A stretch of 64,000 bases of DNA, taken from positions 14,570,001 to 14,634,000 of the forward strand of contig JBHGNT010000012.1 in assembly GCA_043228905.1 (NCBI GenBank), written 5' to 3'. The notes beneath the pieces are model-generated. The model did no database searches. It saw nothing but the letters and a program-made list of their open reading frames with translations, and was not told where the DNA came from. The position numbers were made by a program, and so were the translations under genes. Of this stretch, positions 1-11,061 are shown piece after piece; the first letter of the stretch is position 1; every line of letters starts with the position of its first letter. Source of the stretch: Azolla caroliniana. Lineage: Eukaryota > Plantae > Polypodiophyta.

Positions 1-335
1 TGAGCTCCCGACCCACAGAGACCAATGACCGGAGGAGAAGAGAGCGCTCGACACTCGAATCTGCAGCAACACTTTGTCCTTCCTAGCGTGCGATACCCCT
101 CTCCCCTCTCTCCTCTCCTCCTTTTATCCCCATCCTCTTGTAAATTCCCTTTATTCCCTGTCCCTCCTGACAGAGATACGCATAATCCCCTAATAAATGT
201 GTGCTACTTAGTATTTACATCCACCGATCCATTTATGAATCATGTACAAAATGTCAAGTCACGCGTACATCCGTGTAAGAGCCGGTTTATGCGCTTTCTC
301 TCCGATTCCACCTATGGCCGGTTTTCTTCACGACA
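1..335 (-). repeat. 3' LTR (partial) of Gypsy-1
   Basis: Near-identical to 6414-6748 (roughly 18 mismatches by eye, mostly transitions). Starts TGTCG on minus right after PPT GGTGGGGGTGGA. Confidence 0.95.
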
Positions 336-404
336 TCCACCCCCACCAAACCGCGCATCCACCGGTATGCGCCAGAGACGGGTAGATACCGAACAAACCC
401 GGCC

Positions 405-1583
405 TCACTCATTGCTCTCCGATTCTCCACTGGAACCGAACTGATCGTCGTTGTCGCTCCCGCTCGCAGGCTCCGGCTCGTCTTCAAACCGCTTTTTGAA
501 CGCTTTGATCCGCTTTCCGGCCGCCGGCACTGCTAATTGTGTCTCGTCGAGTTCTGCAAGGTGGTACGTGCCGTTTTCGTTCGTTCTCATCACCGTGTAG
601 GGCCCGAACCATCTCCTAGCGAACTTTCGCACCGCCTTGTGCTGATTGTCGAGGCTATTGTCGTATACCAAGACTCAGTCGCCTTCCTCGATCTTCTTTG
701 GTCGCAACTGGTGCGTCCGGTTGAACTGGGTCTTGTTCTGCTCCCTTGCCGCTCGCAGCTTTTCCTTCGCCTGTATCATGTCCTCCGGCCTCCGCTCGAG
801 TTGCCGAATCCGCGCCGCCAGCAACTCCTCCCGGCTCATTTCGTCCTTCCAATCTACCGCCGCCCATGAAGAAACCGTCTGTTCCACTCGCATGATCGGC
901 TTCTGTCCGTACATCAGCTCTACCGGCATAAACCCTGTCACCGAACTGTACGTAGTTCGATCCACCCATAATGTGTAAGGAAGGAGTCGTGACCAATTCC
1001 CGACCTGCCCTCCGCATGCACGCACCAACGCCTTTACGATCGGCCCGTGCCCACGTTCAGCCTTTCCGTTTGCCTCCGGATTGTACGCCGTAGTGAGGGA
1101 GAGTTTGACGCCTAGCCGGTCGAACAGCTCATCAGCCTCCCGTGCATCTAGCTCTCCCTGGTCTGCCACGATCCTCCCAACGCACCCGTACTGACACACC
1201 ACTTCCTCGATCACGAACCGGCATACCGCCGTGGTTGTCTTGCTTTGCAGTGCACGGCCTTCCACTTGGTTCGTTAAGTCTTCCCATGCAAGCACCAGGT
1301 ATCGCATTTTTCCTACCCCCATCGGCATCGTCACCAAGTCTACCATCCACTTGAAATGGACCGTAGGCGGGTAGGTCGGTCGTAGCTCATCCCGGTGTCA
1401 GAATACAGAGTGCATCTGACAGTTTTCGCAAGTCGTTACGAACCGATGCACGTCCTGGTACAACCCCGACCACCAGTACTTCTCCTTCAGCTTCTCGAAC
1501 GTGGCCCATGTTCTGCGGTGTCCGGCCCAGGGGCTCTCGTGAAATGCCGCCAGTAGTTCCCCCTGTTCTTCTTTCTTTGCCAC
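405..1583 (-). pseudogene. Gypsy integrase (HHCC zinc finger, rve core, GPY motif), broken by stops/frameshift
   Basis: HESPWAGH...CENC; VADQGE...YNPEANGKAERGH; KFARRWFGPY. No chromodomain after GPY. Confidence 0.9.
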
Positions 1584-1649
1584 TACTCGGAGTGGGATGC
1601 CGCTTCTCTTCTTTGGGTGCCTCCATATGCACCCGTCCCGCAGGAAGAA

Positions 1650-3761
1650 TCAGTACGCCTTCTTCCGTATCCGGCTCGCCTCCTCTCTCGTCCATGTTGC
1701 GTCCGGCGCCATCGTCCGTAGGAACCTCCCGATTTGGAGCCACTCCCCGTCGTACTTGCTTTCGTCAAATTTGTTAAGCGTTAGAGTGTTCCCTTCCCTC
1801 GTCGTTATGTTAGACGACCCGAAGAAGTCCTCGCCGACTTCTTCGTCATCCGAAACCATGTCGTCTTCGTCGTTGAACCTTGCCCTCGAAAGCATGTCGG
1901 CCATGGTGTTGTCCTTTCCGGAGATGTGTCGTATCTCCGGGTTCAGGGACTTAATGTACACTATCCACCGGAGCATTGCTAGGTCCGGCGTCGCGCATCC
2001 GGAAACCATGGCGAGTATCGGCAAGTAGTCCGTCTCGATGATCACCTCCGTCCTGATCAGATAATCCTTGTCGGCCTTGACTGCCGAAACGACACCCCAA
2101 AGTTCGCGCTTAACTTGGGTGTATCCTCGTTGCCGCTCGCTCAATACCTTCGCCCCGAACCGGATCGGGAATTGCACGTCGTCCTTGTCCTCCTGACTGA
2201 TTACCCACCCGATCCCGGTCGGGCTGGTGTCCACCATCACGCAGATGGGAACATCCTTGTCGTAAACTGCTTTACGGAGAGCCGGCGCTACTGTAAGCGC
2301 CTCCTTTAGTCTCCGTACGGATTCCGTGTGCTCCATTCTCCACTCAAAGCTACGCCCCTTTTTCAATAGTCCGTAGAGGGGTTTCGCGGCATGTGCGTAG
2401 TGCGGGATCCAAATGTGGTAGAACGCGCATGCTCCCAAGAATCTGTGGTCCTCCGTGACCAAATTGCAATCATGCTTCATCGCAGAGATGGCTTCTACCT
2501 TGGCCGGAGACGGTTTCCGACCGTATGGTATGCACAAGTGCCCAACGACCATGATCTCTGATTGCCCGAAGGCCAACTTTTCCCCGGAGAAGGTGAGCCT
2601 CGCGCCTTCTAGTCTCTGCAGCACCTTCTCGCAGTCGTCGATGTGGGACGCCACGAAATTCCGACATCCGTCCGGCCTGATTGCCTCATCCTTTTTCTCC
2701 ATCGGGCATCCCCTGATCGAGATGTTGTCTAAGAATGGCATGGTGATGTCCGGGATACAATCCCTGAGCACCTTGTTCATCACATTCACCATGTGAGCCA
2801 CTGAGTTCGTCCCTCCTTGTGGCAGGGTACACATCCGCACTAGGCCGAGAGGAATCTGCATCGTCATAATGTCTCTGCTCTCCACGGCTAGTTGGAACTG
2901 ATCGTACCCCGAGTACAGATCGTTGACAGAATAGATCGACCTTCCAGCGAAGGCCTCCGCGAACTTGTCTATGGTCGGTCTGATTCCTGCATTACGGATG
3001 GTCACCTTGTTGACCGGTTGCAGGTCCTGAATGAAGCACAGCGTGCCGTTCTTCTTCGGCATCGTAAACCACTGATTCGAATACGGGGCACTCGACGGTT
3101 CGAGGATGCCCATCTCCACCTTTTGCTTCAAGAGCTCCATCAACTTCGGGATGTGAGCTCTCAGCACCGGAATCGGCTTGAGGTTCCACGGTACATGCGG
3201 TACCGTGAAGATCACCATTGGTTCGACAACTGTCGGGTCTACGCACCCGATCTCCTCCGGTGAGAATGCGAAAGCCTTCCCGTGCCTCCCGAGCATTCTC
3301 CGAAACCGGTCCTCCTCCGCCGGCAGTAGAAAGCCGCCCCCACCGGTCTTGAGCTCCCGTAGCATTATGTCGGTGAACCAATACCCTATGCCAGCCGAAT
3401 TCCGTAAACTTGGGTCCAACGCGACCCCTTTTATCCGCTTCTCGCTGCCCTCAGGCAAGGGTGCCGCGACTGGCCTCACCTTCCGGTCCACAGTCTTGTA
3501 CTTTGTATCCACGTGGGCCATCTGATCCGACCTGATCCTTTCCCCGAAGTCCGCGATGACTTCGTACATTCCCATTGACCCTACCGGAACGGTCCGGTCT
3601 TCTCTAAGGTCTTCACCGATCACCTTTTGCAGTTCGCCCAAGGTGTCGTCAAAAGAGACCGCCTCCACAGCGCCGCTGATGTCTTCATCGGGGAAGAGGA
3701 CTCTGCATCCCCTGAGCCGCTCCTCTGCTCGCTTCCTCTCCCGGCCGTTGACGCCAGTCAT
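1650..3761 (-). CDS. pol: Gypsy reverse transcriptase + RNase H (catalytic motif decayed to FLDN)
   Basis: DLQPVNKVT, DLYSGYDQ, LPQGGTNS, PFLDN, VDTSPTGIGW, KRELWGV, ADMLSR. Confidence 0.9.
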   Translation of the reverse strand: MTGVNGRERKRAEERLRGCRVLFPDEDISGAVEAVSFDDTLGELQKVIGEDLREDRTVPVGSMGMYEVIADFGERIRSDQMAHVDTKYKTVDRKVRPVAAPLPEGSEKRIKGVALDPSLRNSAGIGYWFTDIMLRELKTGGGGFLLPAEEDRFRRMLGRHGKAFAFSPEEIGCVDPTVVEPMVIFTVPHVPWNLKPIPVLRAHIPKLMELLKQKVEMGILEPSSAPYSNQWFTMPKKNGTLCFIQDLQPVNKVTIRNAGIRPTIDKFAEAFAGRSIYSVNDLYSGYDQFQLAVESRDIMTMQIPLGLVRMCTLPQGGTNSVAHMVNVMNKVLRDCIPDITMPFLDNISIRGCPMEKKDEAIRPDGCRNFVASHIDDCEKVLQRLEGARLTFSGEKLAFGQSEIMVVGHLCIPYGRKPSPAKVEAISAMKHDCNLVTEDHRFLGACAFYHIWIPHYAHAAKPLYGLLKKGRSFEWRMEHTESVRRLKEALTVAPALRKAVYDKDVPICVMVDTSPTGIGWVISQEDKDDVQFPIRFGAKVLSERQRGYTQVKRELWGVVSAVKADKDYLIRTEVIIETDYLPILAMVSGCATPDLAMLRWIVYIKSLNPEIRHISGKDNTMADMLSRARFNDEDDMVSDDEEVGEDFFGSSNITTREGNTLTLNKFDESKYDGEWLQIGRFLRTMAPDATWTREEASRIRKKAY

Positions 3762-3961
3762 AGTACAACCTCCGTTGTCGGAGAACCAAAATTTCCTACC
3801 TATGGTACAGGTCTTCTTCCGTACTGTACATTTGTGGGGTTCTTTCCGGGTGTCCGGACTATCGCGGCCCCACGCCTTGATAGCCCTCTCTAAAAATCCC
3901 CTCAGGTTTCGCCGCCGAGGGCTTCGCGGTTACGCTCATGGTTTGGTCGCACCGTTAGGAA

Positions 3962-6025
3962 CTAGACCGAGTGATGCCCGTCCTGGCTCTTGACTCTTGC
4001 ATAGGCTGAACCATTGTCCAACACCTTGGTCTCCATCCGTGCCGCCGTGATATACGGTTCTCCTAGTATAATCGGATGCGAGGACGTCTCCTGTACGAAG
4101 AAGTGTTGGTCTATCTCAACATCGCCGATCTTCACCCGTACGTTCAGACAGGCCCCATGTAGTTCTTCCGTGGCGCGCGTCGCTGCCCATATCTTCCAGC
4201 CGTGCTTGGTGTTGATCGGCCATTTACCCTTCTTGTAGAAATCCATGGACATCAAGTTGATCTCGAATCCATGGTCTACCAACGCCACCTCCGGTTCCAA
4301 AACGTTGCCAATCCGTACAGGGGTTTCCGTCGTTGCCCTGGCCCAATGCGGCTTCGTGTAGTGGTTTCCTGCCAGCTCGTCTTCTAGGGCTTCGTCTTCC
4401 AGGTGCGTGGTCAGCACCTCCAGCGGCTTCTCCGGTTCCGGCTCTGTCGAGAGCCTTTTCCGCTTCACCAAGTCTACGATAGAGTCGTGGAACTCCCTCT
4501 TGGCGATTCCCAGCACCTCCCGCAATGACAGCTCCACTTTGCTGTCGAGGATACGTTCCTCCAGGACCTTTCGCAGGTCTGTGGTTCTTTCGATCTCGGT
4601 GCTCAACTGAAACCCTGCCTGCTTCTTCCCGTCCGGTGCACCTGGGTTGCCGGCACCAGTCGGTTTCGGTCCAAACCGGGTCTCATACCTCTGCGGGGGC
4701 CCGACCCATCCGGCCTTTCCTGCCCGTTTGTCCTCCACCAAAACCTCGTAGTTCTGGCAAGTGGCTTCTACGAAGCCCGTTTTCTCTTCGACCAGATCGT
4801 CCCAACCGGTGACCTCCTGGATCCGCTGTTCCGCGCGGTCCGCCTCTTCCTTCTTCAGTCGAACTCCGGAGAGGCCTTCTAGCACTAGCGGCCAGAATCC
4901 AGAGTCCTTCGCCTTCCAGGTCTCATCACCCCCGACCCGAATTCCCGCCGACACCGAGTAGTTGACGGCTTCGACGTGCCGTGTTGCGGCCTCTTCCATC
5001 AACCTCTTCATTCCGTCGCGCCCCGCATTCAGTTCTAGGGCTCTCCGGGTCTCGCTCGCGTGCACCCGCCCGTTCCAGAGGTACACCACGTTGGTCCTGA
5101 GCGCGTCGGCGAAATCCGTGCAATCCTTTCAAATGTGACCGATCGCATCACACCACATGCACCACTGCCCAGCCGGCGGCCTCCGGTCGTGAGGTTGTTC
5201 GCCGCTGTCTCTCCGGGCCTGTGCGATCTGCAGGTCGCGCACCATCTGCGTCAGCTCCTCTAGAGCCGCTCCTCCGGATGGGCCTTTGACCGCATAGTTC
5301 GATGCCGCCCCCGAGTCTGGCCAGATTCGGGTCTCTTCCTTCCTACCGGTCGGCACTGATACCGGCTCCTCGAGCCTCCTCCCCGGGACCGGCCCCGACC
5401 TCGACGAGCTTCCGTCGCTCCAATCGCGCCATTTGTCGAAATGGCTGCAGACCCGTTTTTCTAGGGCCTAGTCTACCGTGAGCCCTTCGTCCGTTTCCAA
5501 TAGGGGACCCACCTTTTCCCTGTCGAGCGCATCCACCGACTTGACAAATAGTAGTACTCGACTTGTTTCGAGCACCGTCCGGTCTAGCGTCGACAGCCAC
5601 GCGAACCGTTTTTCGAACTCCTGGAGGAGCACCGACGTGTTCCTCCACTTCTCGGGGCTTTCAACCCATGCCATGAAATCCCGCCTCGACAGCCGAAGCA
5701 AGTCGTCAAACCCGTACTTCTCGAGGAGCTACAGCTCGAACTCCTCCCAAGTCTGGCATCCGGCCAGCACCGCAAGCACCTCCACGTGGATGCCCAGCGT
5801 CACCACCCGAGGGAATCCGGACAACCGCCTGTCCACCGTGATATCCCTCATGATCATTTCGGCCCAGTAAGCCTCCAAATAACTTGTGGCGTCTTTCCCT
5901 CCAAAGCAGCCTATAGAGCCGACGATCGATTCAATGCCTCTGTCGAGGGTGCCCGTCCCTTCACAAGCGCTCACCAGTCGGTCGACGACCACCACCATTG
6001 CCTCTGCTAGCTCTGATCCCCTCAT
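3962..6025 (-). pseudogene. gag: Gypsy gag + aspartic protease, interrupted by stops
   Basis: ATG at 6025; zinc knuckle CMWCDAIGHI*KDC; protease ALVDHGFEINL...ILGEPY. Confidence 0.85.
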
Positions 6026-6048
6026 CTTTGGACTCCTCTGCCGCCCTG

Positions 6049-6066
6049 TTCACGTCGGGTTCACCA
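6049..6066 (-). promoter_or_regulatory. Primer-binding site complementary to tRNA-Trp
   Basis: Plus strand TTCACGTCGGGTTCACCA matches the 3' end of plant tRNA-Trp(CCA) as I recall it; 4 nt from the LTR end. Confidence 0.85.
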
Positions 6067-6070
6067 AATA

Positions 6071-6129
6071 TGTCGCGTTGTTACGCGCGTGCGTGGAGAA
6101 AGGGGCGGGACCACAGGGGGTCTTGAATC

Positions 6130-6165
<36 letters not shown>

Positions 6166-6748
6166 AGATACGTGAAGCGGGAAGGAGAGATGTAGAACGT
6201 AACACTTGATTTCAATAACGAGTGATTTCAACGACAAGAGAATACAACTCTGACAGTTACAACCGACAAGGCGGCGATGGACCTTACACGGGGATCCTAC
6301 TCACACACACAGACAACACTCGCTCGACCCCCCAAAAACAAACAAAGAAGGGGAGGGGGGGGGGGAGAGAGCCTCTGCTAGAAGCACACGGGCTGTCCAC
6401 GAAGCAGGGGCAGCGAGCTCCCGACCCACAGAGACCGACGACTGAAGGAGAAGAGAGCGCTCGGCACTCAAATCTGCAGTAGCACTTTGTCCTTCCTAGT
6501 GCGCGATACCCCTCTCCCCTCTCTCCTCTCCTCCTTTTATCCCCATCCTCTTGTCAATTCCCTTTATTCCCTGTCCCTCTTGACAGAGATACGCACAATC
6601 CCCTAATAAATGTGTGCTACTTAGTATTTACATCCACCGATCCATTTATGAATCGTGTACAAAATGTCAAGTCACGCGTCCATCCGTGTAAGAGCCGGTT
6701 TATGCGCTTTCTCTCCGATTCCGCCTATGGCCAGTTTTCTTCACGACA
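6071..6748 (-). repeat. 5' LTR of Gypsy-1 (678 bp)
   Basis: TGTCG...CGACA termini, internal (GA)n tract, matches 1-335. Confidence 0.95.
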
Positions 6749-8280
6749 CCGAAACCGGCCAACGAAGCAATTGTGGTTGTCACAGGAGAAATACGTGACA
6801 AAGGTGCTTCAGCGGTTCAACATGTTAGAAGCGAAACCAGTTGGATTGATAGTCCTGGGAAACTACAGATTATCCGGTAAGCAAAGCCCGAAGACGAAAG
6901 CAGAGAAGGCTGATATGATGAAGGTTCCATATGCCTCTGTCGTCGGGAGCTTAATGTACGCAATGGTGTGTACCCGACCAGATATAGGATACAAAGTCAA
7001 ATTGGTGAGCCAGTTTATGAGCAATCCCGGCAAGGAGCACTGGAACGCGGTCAAATGGACACTCCGGTACTTGAAGGGCACTTCAAATATGTGTCTCTGA
7101 TTCGTCTCCGGAAAACCTCAACTTGACGGTTTTACCGATTTAGACATGTCAGCTGATGTGGATACCAACCGATCTACATCCGGGTATGTAATGACATATG
7201 CAGGGGGAGCTGTTTCGTGGCAGTCGAGGCTGCAAAAGACAGTTGCATTGTCAACCATGGAGGCGGAGTACATGGCGGCTGTGGAAGCCGGAAAGGAAAT
7301 ATTATGGATGAAGGACTTCATGGGAGAGCTCGGTATCCGGCAAGATGAATACCGGCTTTATTGCGACAGTCAAAGTGCCATCCACCTTGCTAAGAATGCG
7401 GCCTACCATTCCTGGACGAAGCATATCCAACGAAGGTATCACTGGATCCGGGAAAGAGGAGATGACCAAGAGTTTGCGCTAACGAAGATCCACACGGCCG
7501 AGAATGGGTCAAACATGCTGACCAAAGTACTGATACTCGACAAGCTGGATGCATGCCGGAAACGGATCAGACTAGTAAGACATCCCATGCCGGAGTGAAG
7601 GGGATGTTTGTTAGGAAACAGGTCCCTTCGGATGGGAAGTGAGAAGAACAGTACTAATGAGCAAACTTGGCCGAGGCCGAAACCGGATGTCGAATACCCG
7701 ACTACGGAAGACCCGGTGAGAACCGGATGACGAGTACCCGACAACGAAAGACCCGGTGAGAACCGGATGACGAGTACCCGGCAAGAGCCGGATGGTGAAG
7801 GCCCGATGAGAAGTGCTCACCGGATGAAGGGACATATTCGTAAATATGTTTTCTGAGAGTCCATCGGGGCCATATTGGTAAATAACCGAAAAGTCATATT
7901 AGTATAAATATGACTTAGGGCAAACTTAGTTGTTGTTTGTTGTCATTCTTGTTGGCGCTAGATTAGAACGTAACAATGTACAGAGAGAGAGAGAGAGAGA
8001 AAGAGACGAAGAGTTTGTATCTCTGTTGTAACCGCCGCTTGTGGCAAAGACAGTGAACAAGAGGTCGTTGCCTCTGTGTACATCTATTGTACATCGTTAC
8101 ATAGTGATAGTTAGCAGTCAGTGGACTGCCATGGTTTTTCCCGTGTTTGGGTTTTCCACGTAAACATCCTGAGTACTCTTCTCTCTATTGTGTTGTGCAT
8201 TCATTCCCGTTTTCTGCGTTTTTTATTCTAAGCTCGGTTGTGGCCGAGCATTGTTCATCGGGAGCGTGTAGTTCCTGTCA
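6749..8280 (+). mobile_element. Ty1/Copia (Tork/Tnt1-like) 3' portion: RT C-terminus, RNase H, PPT, 3' LTR
   Basis: LWLSQEKY, PYASVVGSLMYAMVCTRPDI, SWQSRLQKTVALSTMEAEY, TKHIQRRYHWIRE. PPT near 7592-7604. Confidence 0.92.
7609..8280 (+). repeat. 3' LTR of the Tork-like Copia, with internal ~40-bp tandem repeats at 7680-7830
   Basis: TGTTAGGAA...TTCCTGTCA termini. Copia-B sequence (CATGGCGCAT, cf. 47291) resumes at 8281. Same TGTTAGGAA start as the LTR at 25809. Confidence 0.8.
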
Positions 8281-10714
8281 CATGGCGCATCATTATGCGT
8301 TCATGACTAAGGTGGCGGAAGTGCGTGAGCTGGAGAGCTACGCAGAAGCGGCAAAGGACGCAAATTGGCGTGCCTCTATGGAGGAAGAAATGCGGGCACT
8401 AGATGCCAACGACACATGGGACCTCGTTGACTCTCCCCGACACTGTAAACCAATCGGTTGCAAATGGGTGTACAAGGTAAAGTACAATGCCGATGGTTTG
8501 GTTAACCGGTACCAGGCTCGGTTAGTGGCAAAGGGATACATACAAACCCAGGGAATCGATTACGACGAGACCTTCGCCCTAGTAGCGAAGATGATGACGG
8601 TTCGTGTGGTATCGACGGTTGCTGCAGCAAGGGGGTGGCATCTTCACCAGATTAATGTGAAGAATGCGTTTCTTCAAGGTGACCTTCAAGAACAGGTCTA
8701 GATGATCCAACCTCCCGATTTTCAATCGGAGATGAACAAGTCGGCGGTGTGCCAGCTCAAGAAGTCGCTTTACGGTCTGAAACAAGCCCCCCGAGCTTGG
8801 AATGTGAAGATCACGCACCGGTTGCGTAAGATGAGGTTTGTGACCTCTAAATTCGACTCGTCGTTGTTCATCCGGCAAGGTCCGTACGGTCCGGTTTGCA
8901 TCCTACTTTATGTTGATGATTTAGTCATCACCGGACCCGGACTCAATGAAATCGGCCAAGTCAAGTCCCAGTAGTCGGACGCATTTGAAATGAAGGACCT
9001 GGGGGACCTTCATTATTTTCTTGGGATCGAGGTGTTCCGAACCCCCGACGGCATATTGCTCTCACAACGACAATATGCGTTGAATATGCTATACAAGTTC
9101 GGTATGACGGAGTGCCAACCTGTCTCCACACCCCTGGACCGGAACCAGAAGCTCTGTCCCCACTCCGGACCGGCCTGTAATGAGAAACGGACATGCAGAA
9201 GCCGACCGTCGAGCACGTTCAATGCGCACACCGGATACTCCAGTATGTGAGCGGTATGAAGGACCGAGGACTGTTATACCGACATGGTATAACCGAAGAA
9301 CTAGTCGGATATATAGATGCCGACTGGGCTGGTGATGCAGCAAAAAGCAGCCAACAATGGCTCTGTCGAGCGCTGAGGCTGAACACCGGGGCGCTACCAA
9401 TGCCACCTGTGAAGCCATTTGGCTTCGGCGACTGCTGCAAGACCTGCAGATTGAGGTATCGACCCCGATCCTGATCTATTGTGACAACATGAGCAACATT
9501 TAGCTCGCCAAGAACACCGTGTTCCATGCTCGGACGAAGCACATAGAAGTCCACTATCACTTTGTGCGTGAGCGGGTTTTGGGCGGTGAAGTAGATCTTC
9601 GGTATGTTCAGACGGATCGGCAGATTGCTGATATCTTCACCAAACCGCTCGGATCGGACAGGTTGCAACACTTCACCGAAATGCTTGGTGTTCAGCATCT
9701 CAACGTGCCGCACTTGAGGGGGAGAAAAGGAAAGGGAACGGATGGCATCGGACAAGGAGCCGGAGAGGAAGAAAGAACCAACAAAGGTGGAGATAAGAGG
9801 AAAAAGGAAGTTGAGCCGACCGAAGGAGTCGGCACATCCGAAAAGGTCAGAACAAGCGGCAACGACAGTAGAGTTAAGGAGGACAGAGCCGACCAAAAGA
9901 AAACGACCAAGACCCGGATGTGGTCCAATGTGGTGAAGGTCCTGAAACCGGAAGACGAGTTGGAGAACACCAACTTGGACAAGAACTGGAACGAATCGAA
10001 GGAAACCGATTCGGTTCAAGATTCGGAGAAGCTGGATCAACTAAAGGCCAAGCGGACACGGACACAGCGGAAGTCGACGCCAACACGAAGGAACCGACGG
10101 GTCGTAGTAACAAGGGAGTTGAAATGGGCATGTTGAGCAGACAAGCCGACCGACGAGGTCGAGGTGCGTAGAACCAGAAGGGTCGCGGCAAACAAGACCA
10201 GACCGGACGAGGAACGCGAGCGAGGCGGAGCAATGCCAGAAGGAACCGGATAGAAGAACCGGCTACTGCGGACACTAACACCACGATCCGACCTCAAGTT
10301 GAGCTTGAGGGGGAGTGTTGAGCGATCAAGCTCAACCGGATCCGGATCGGCATCCGGAAGGTATCCGGAAACAACCGGCCGGATCGGGGAGCCGGATTCG
10401 AGCGGGAACCGGAAGCCTAGTAGTAGCCTAGACTACTAGGTAATCATTGTCTCGTAGTGAGTGTCAATCACACTTGTGAGCATTGAAGTACATGTTAGTA
10501 CTTCTGTTAGTCCTTTATGGACTTGTATAAATAGTGTTGTTTAGCATGTTGTAGACATTACAATGTTTTAGAGTTAATTTTTTAATATAGTTTTATGTTT
10601 TGCTCTCTCTGTCTCCTCTATGTTTGAAGCTTTTCCATTAAACCTTCATCTCAGTTTCTGTTGCTATCTGGTAGAGCCGGTTTTGTCTGACGCTTCCGCA
10701 CATTAACATTCACA
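8281..10714 (+). mobile_element. Ty1/Copia family B, copy 1, 3' portion (RT, RNase H, charged tail, PPT, LTR)
   Basis: [53 protein letters not shown]. Homologous to 47290-49288. Confidence 0.93.
10316..10714 (+). repeat. 3' LTR of Copia-B copy 1
   Basis: TGTTGAG after PPT GAGGGGGAG; ends ...TTCACA; homologous to 48875-49288. Confidence 0.85.
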
Positions 10715-11003
10715 AATAGGGTCAAACGAATAACCATAACATAATGTTGCGATGTAAACATATCATGATCTGACACCAATACCCCTTTGGATATATGAGA
10801 TGAGGTTCAGGATCAAGTACCTATGGTAACACAAAGATGTTTTGAAAACCATGGCGACGATGAATGAATGTCTTTCCTAGATCTCTATATTAATTTTTTC
10901 ATGGCGCCTCCCCGATGCTCAACCATGCTTGTTCACATCATGAATAGTTTATACACGAAAAAATACTAACAATAAACTATGTCTCTGTGCCCACCCATGT
11001 ACT

Positions 11004-11061
11004 TTTAGCTCTTTAAGTCCTATAACGAGGGCTTTAGCTCTTTAAGTCCTATAACGAGGGC
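11004..11061. repeat. 29-bp tandem duplication
   Basis: TTTAGCTCTTTAAGTCCTATAACGAGGGC twice. Confidence 0.9.

Larger units (their letters stand above)
1..6748 (-). mobile_element. Ty3/Gypsy LTR retrotransposon (non-chromovirus, tRNA-Trp primed); 3' LTR runs off the window; ORFs disrupted
   Basis: 1-335 repeats 6414-6748 (LTRs). Domain order on minus is gag-PR-RT-RH-INT. PBS at 6049-6066, PPT at 336-347. Confidence 0.95.

Noticed and set aside
6612-7100. 162-aa ORF spanning LTR and RT
   Set aside because: Chance fusion across the Gypsy LTR/Copia RT insertion junction; same for 8147-8701 and 25611-26279.
9219-10040. 273-aa antisense ORF over the Copia-B tail
   Set aside because: Expected shadow of purine-rich sequence; not continuous in copy 2.
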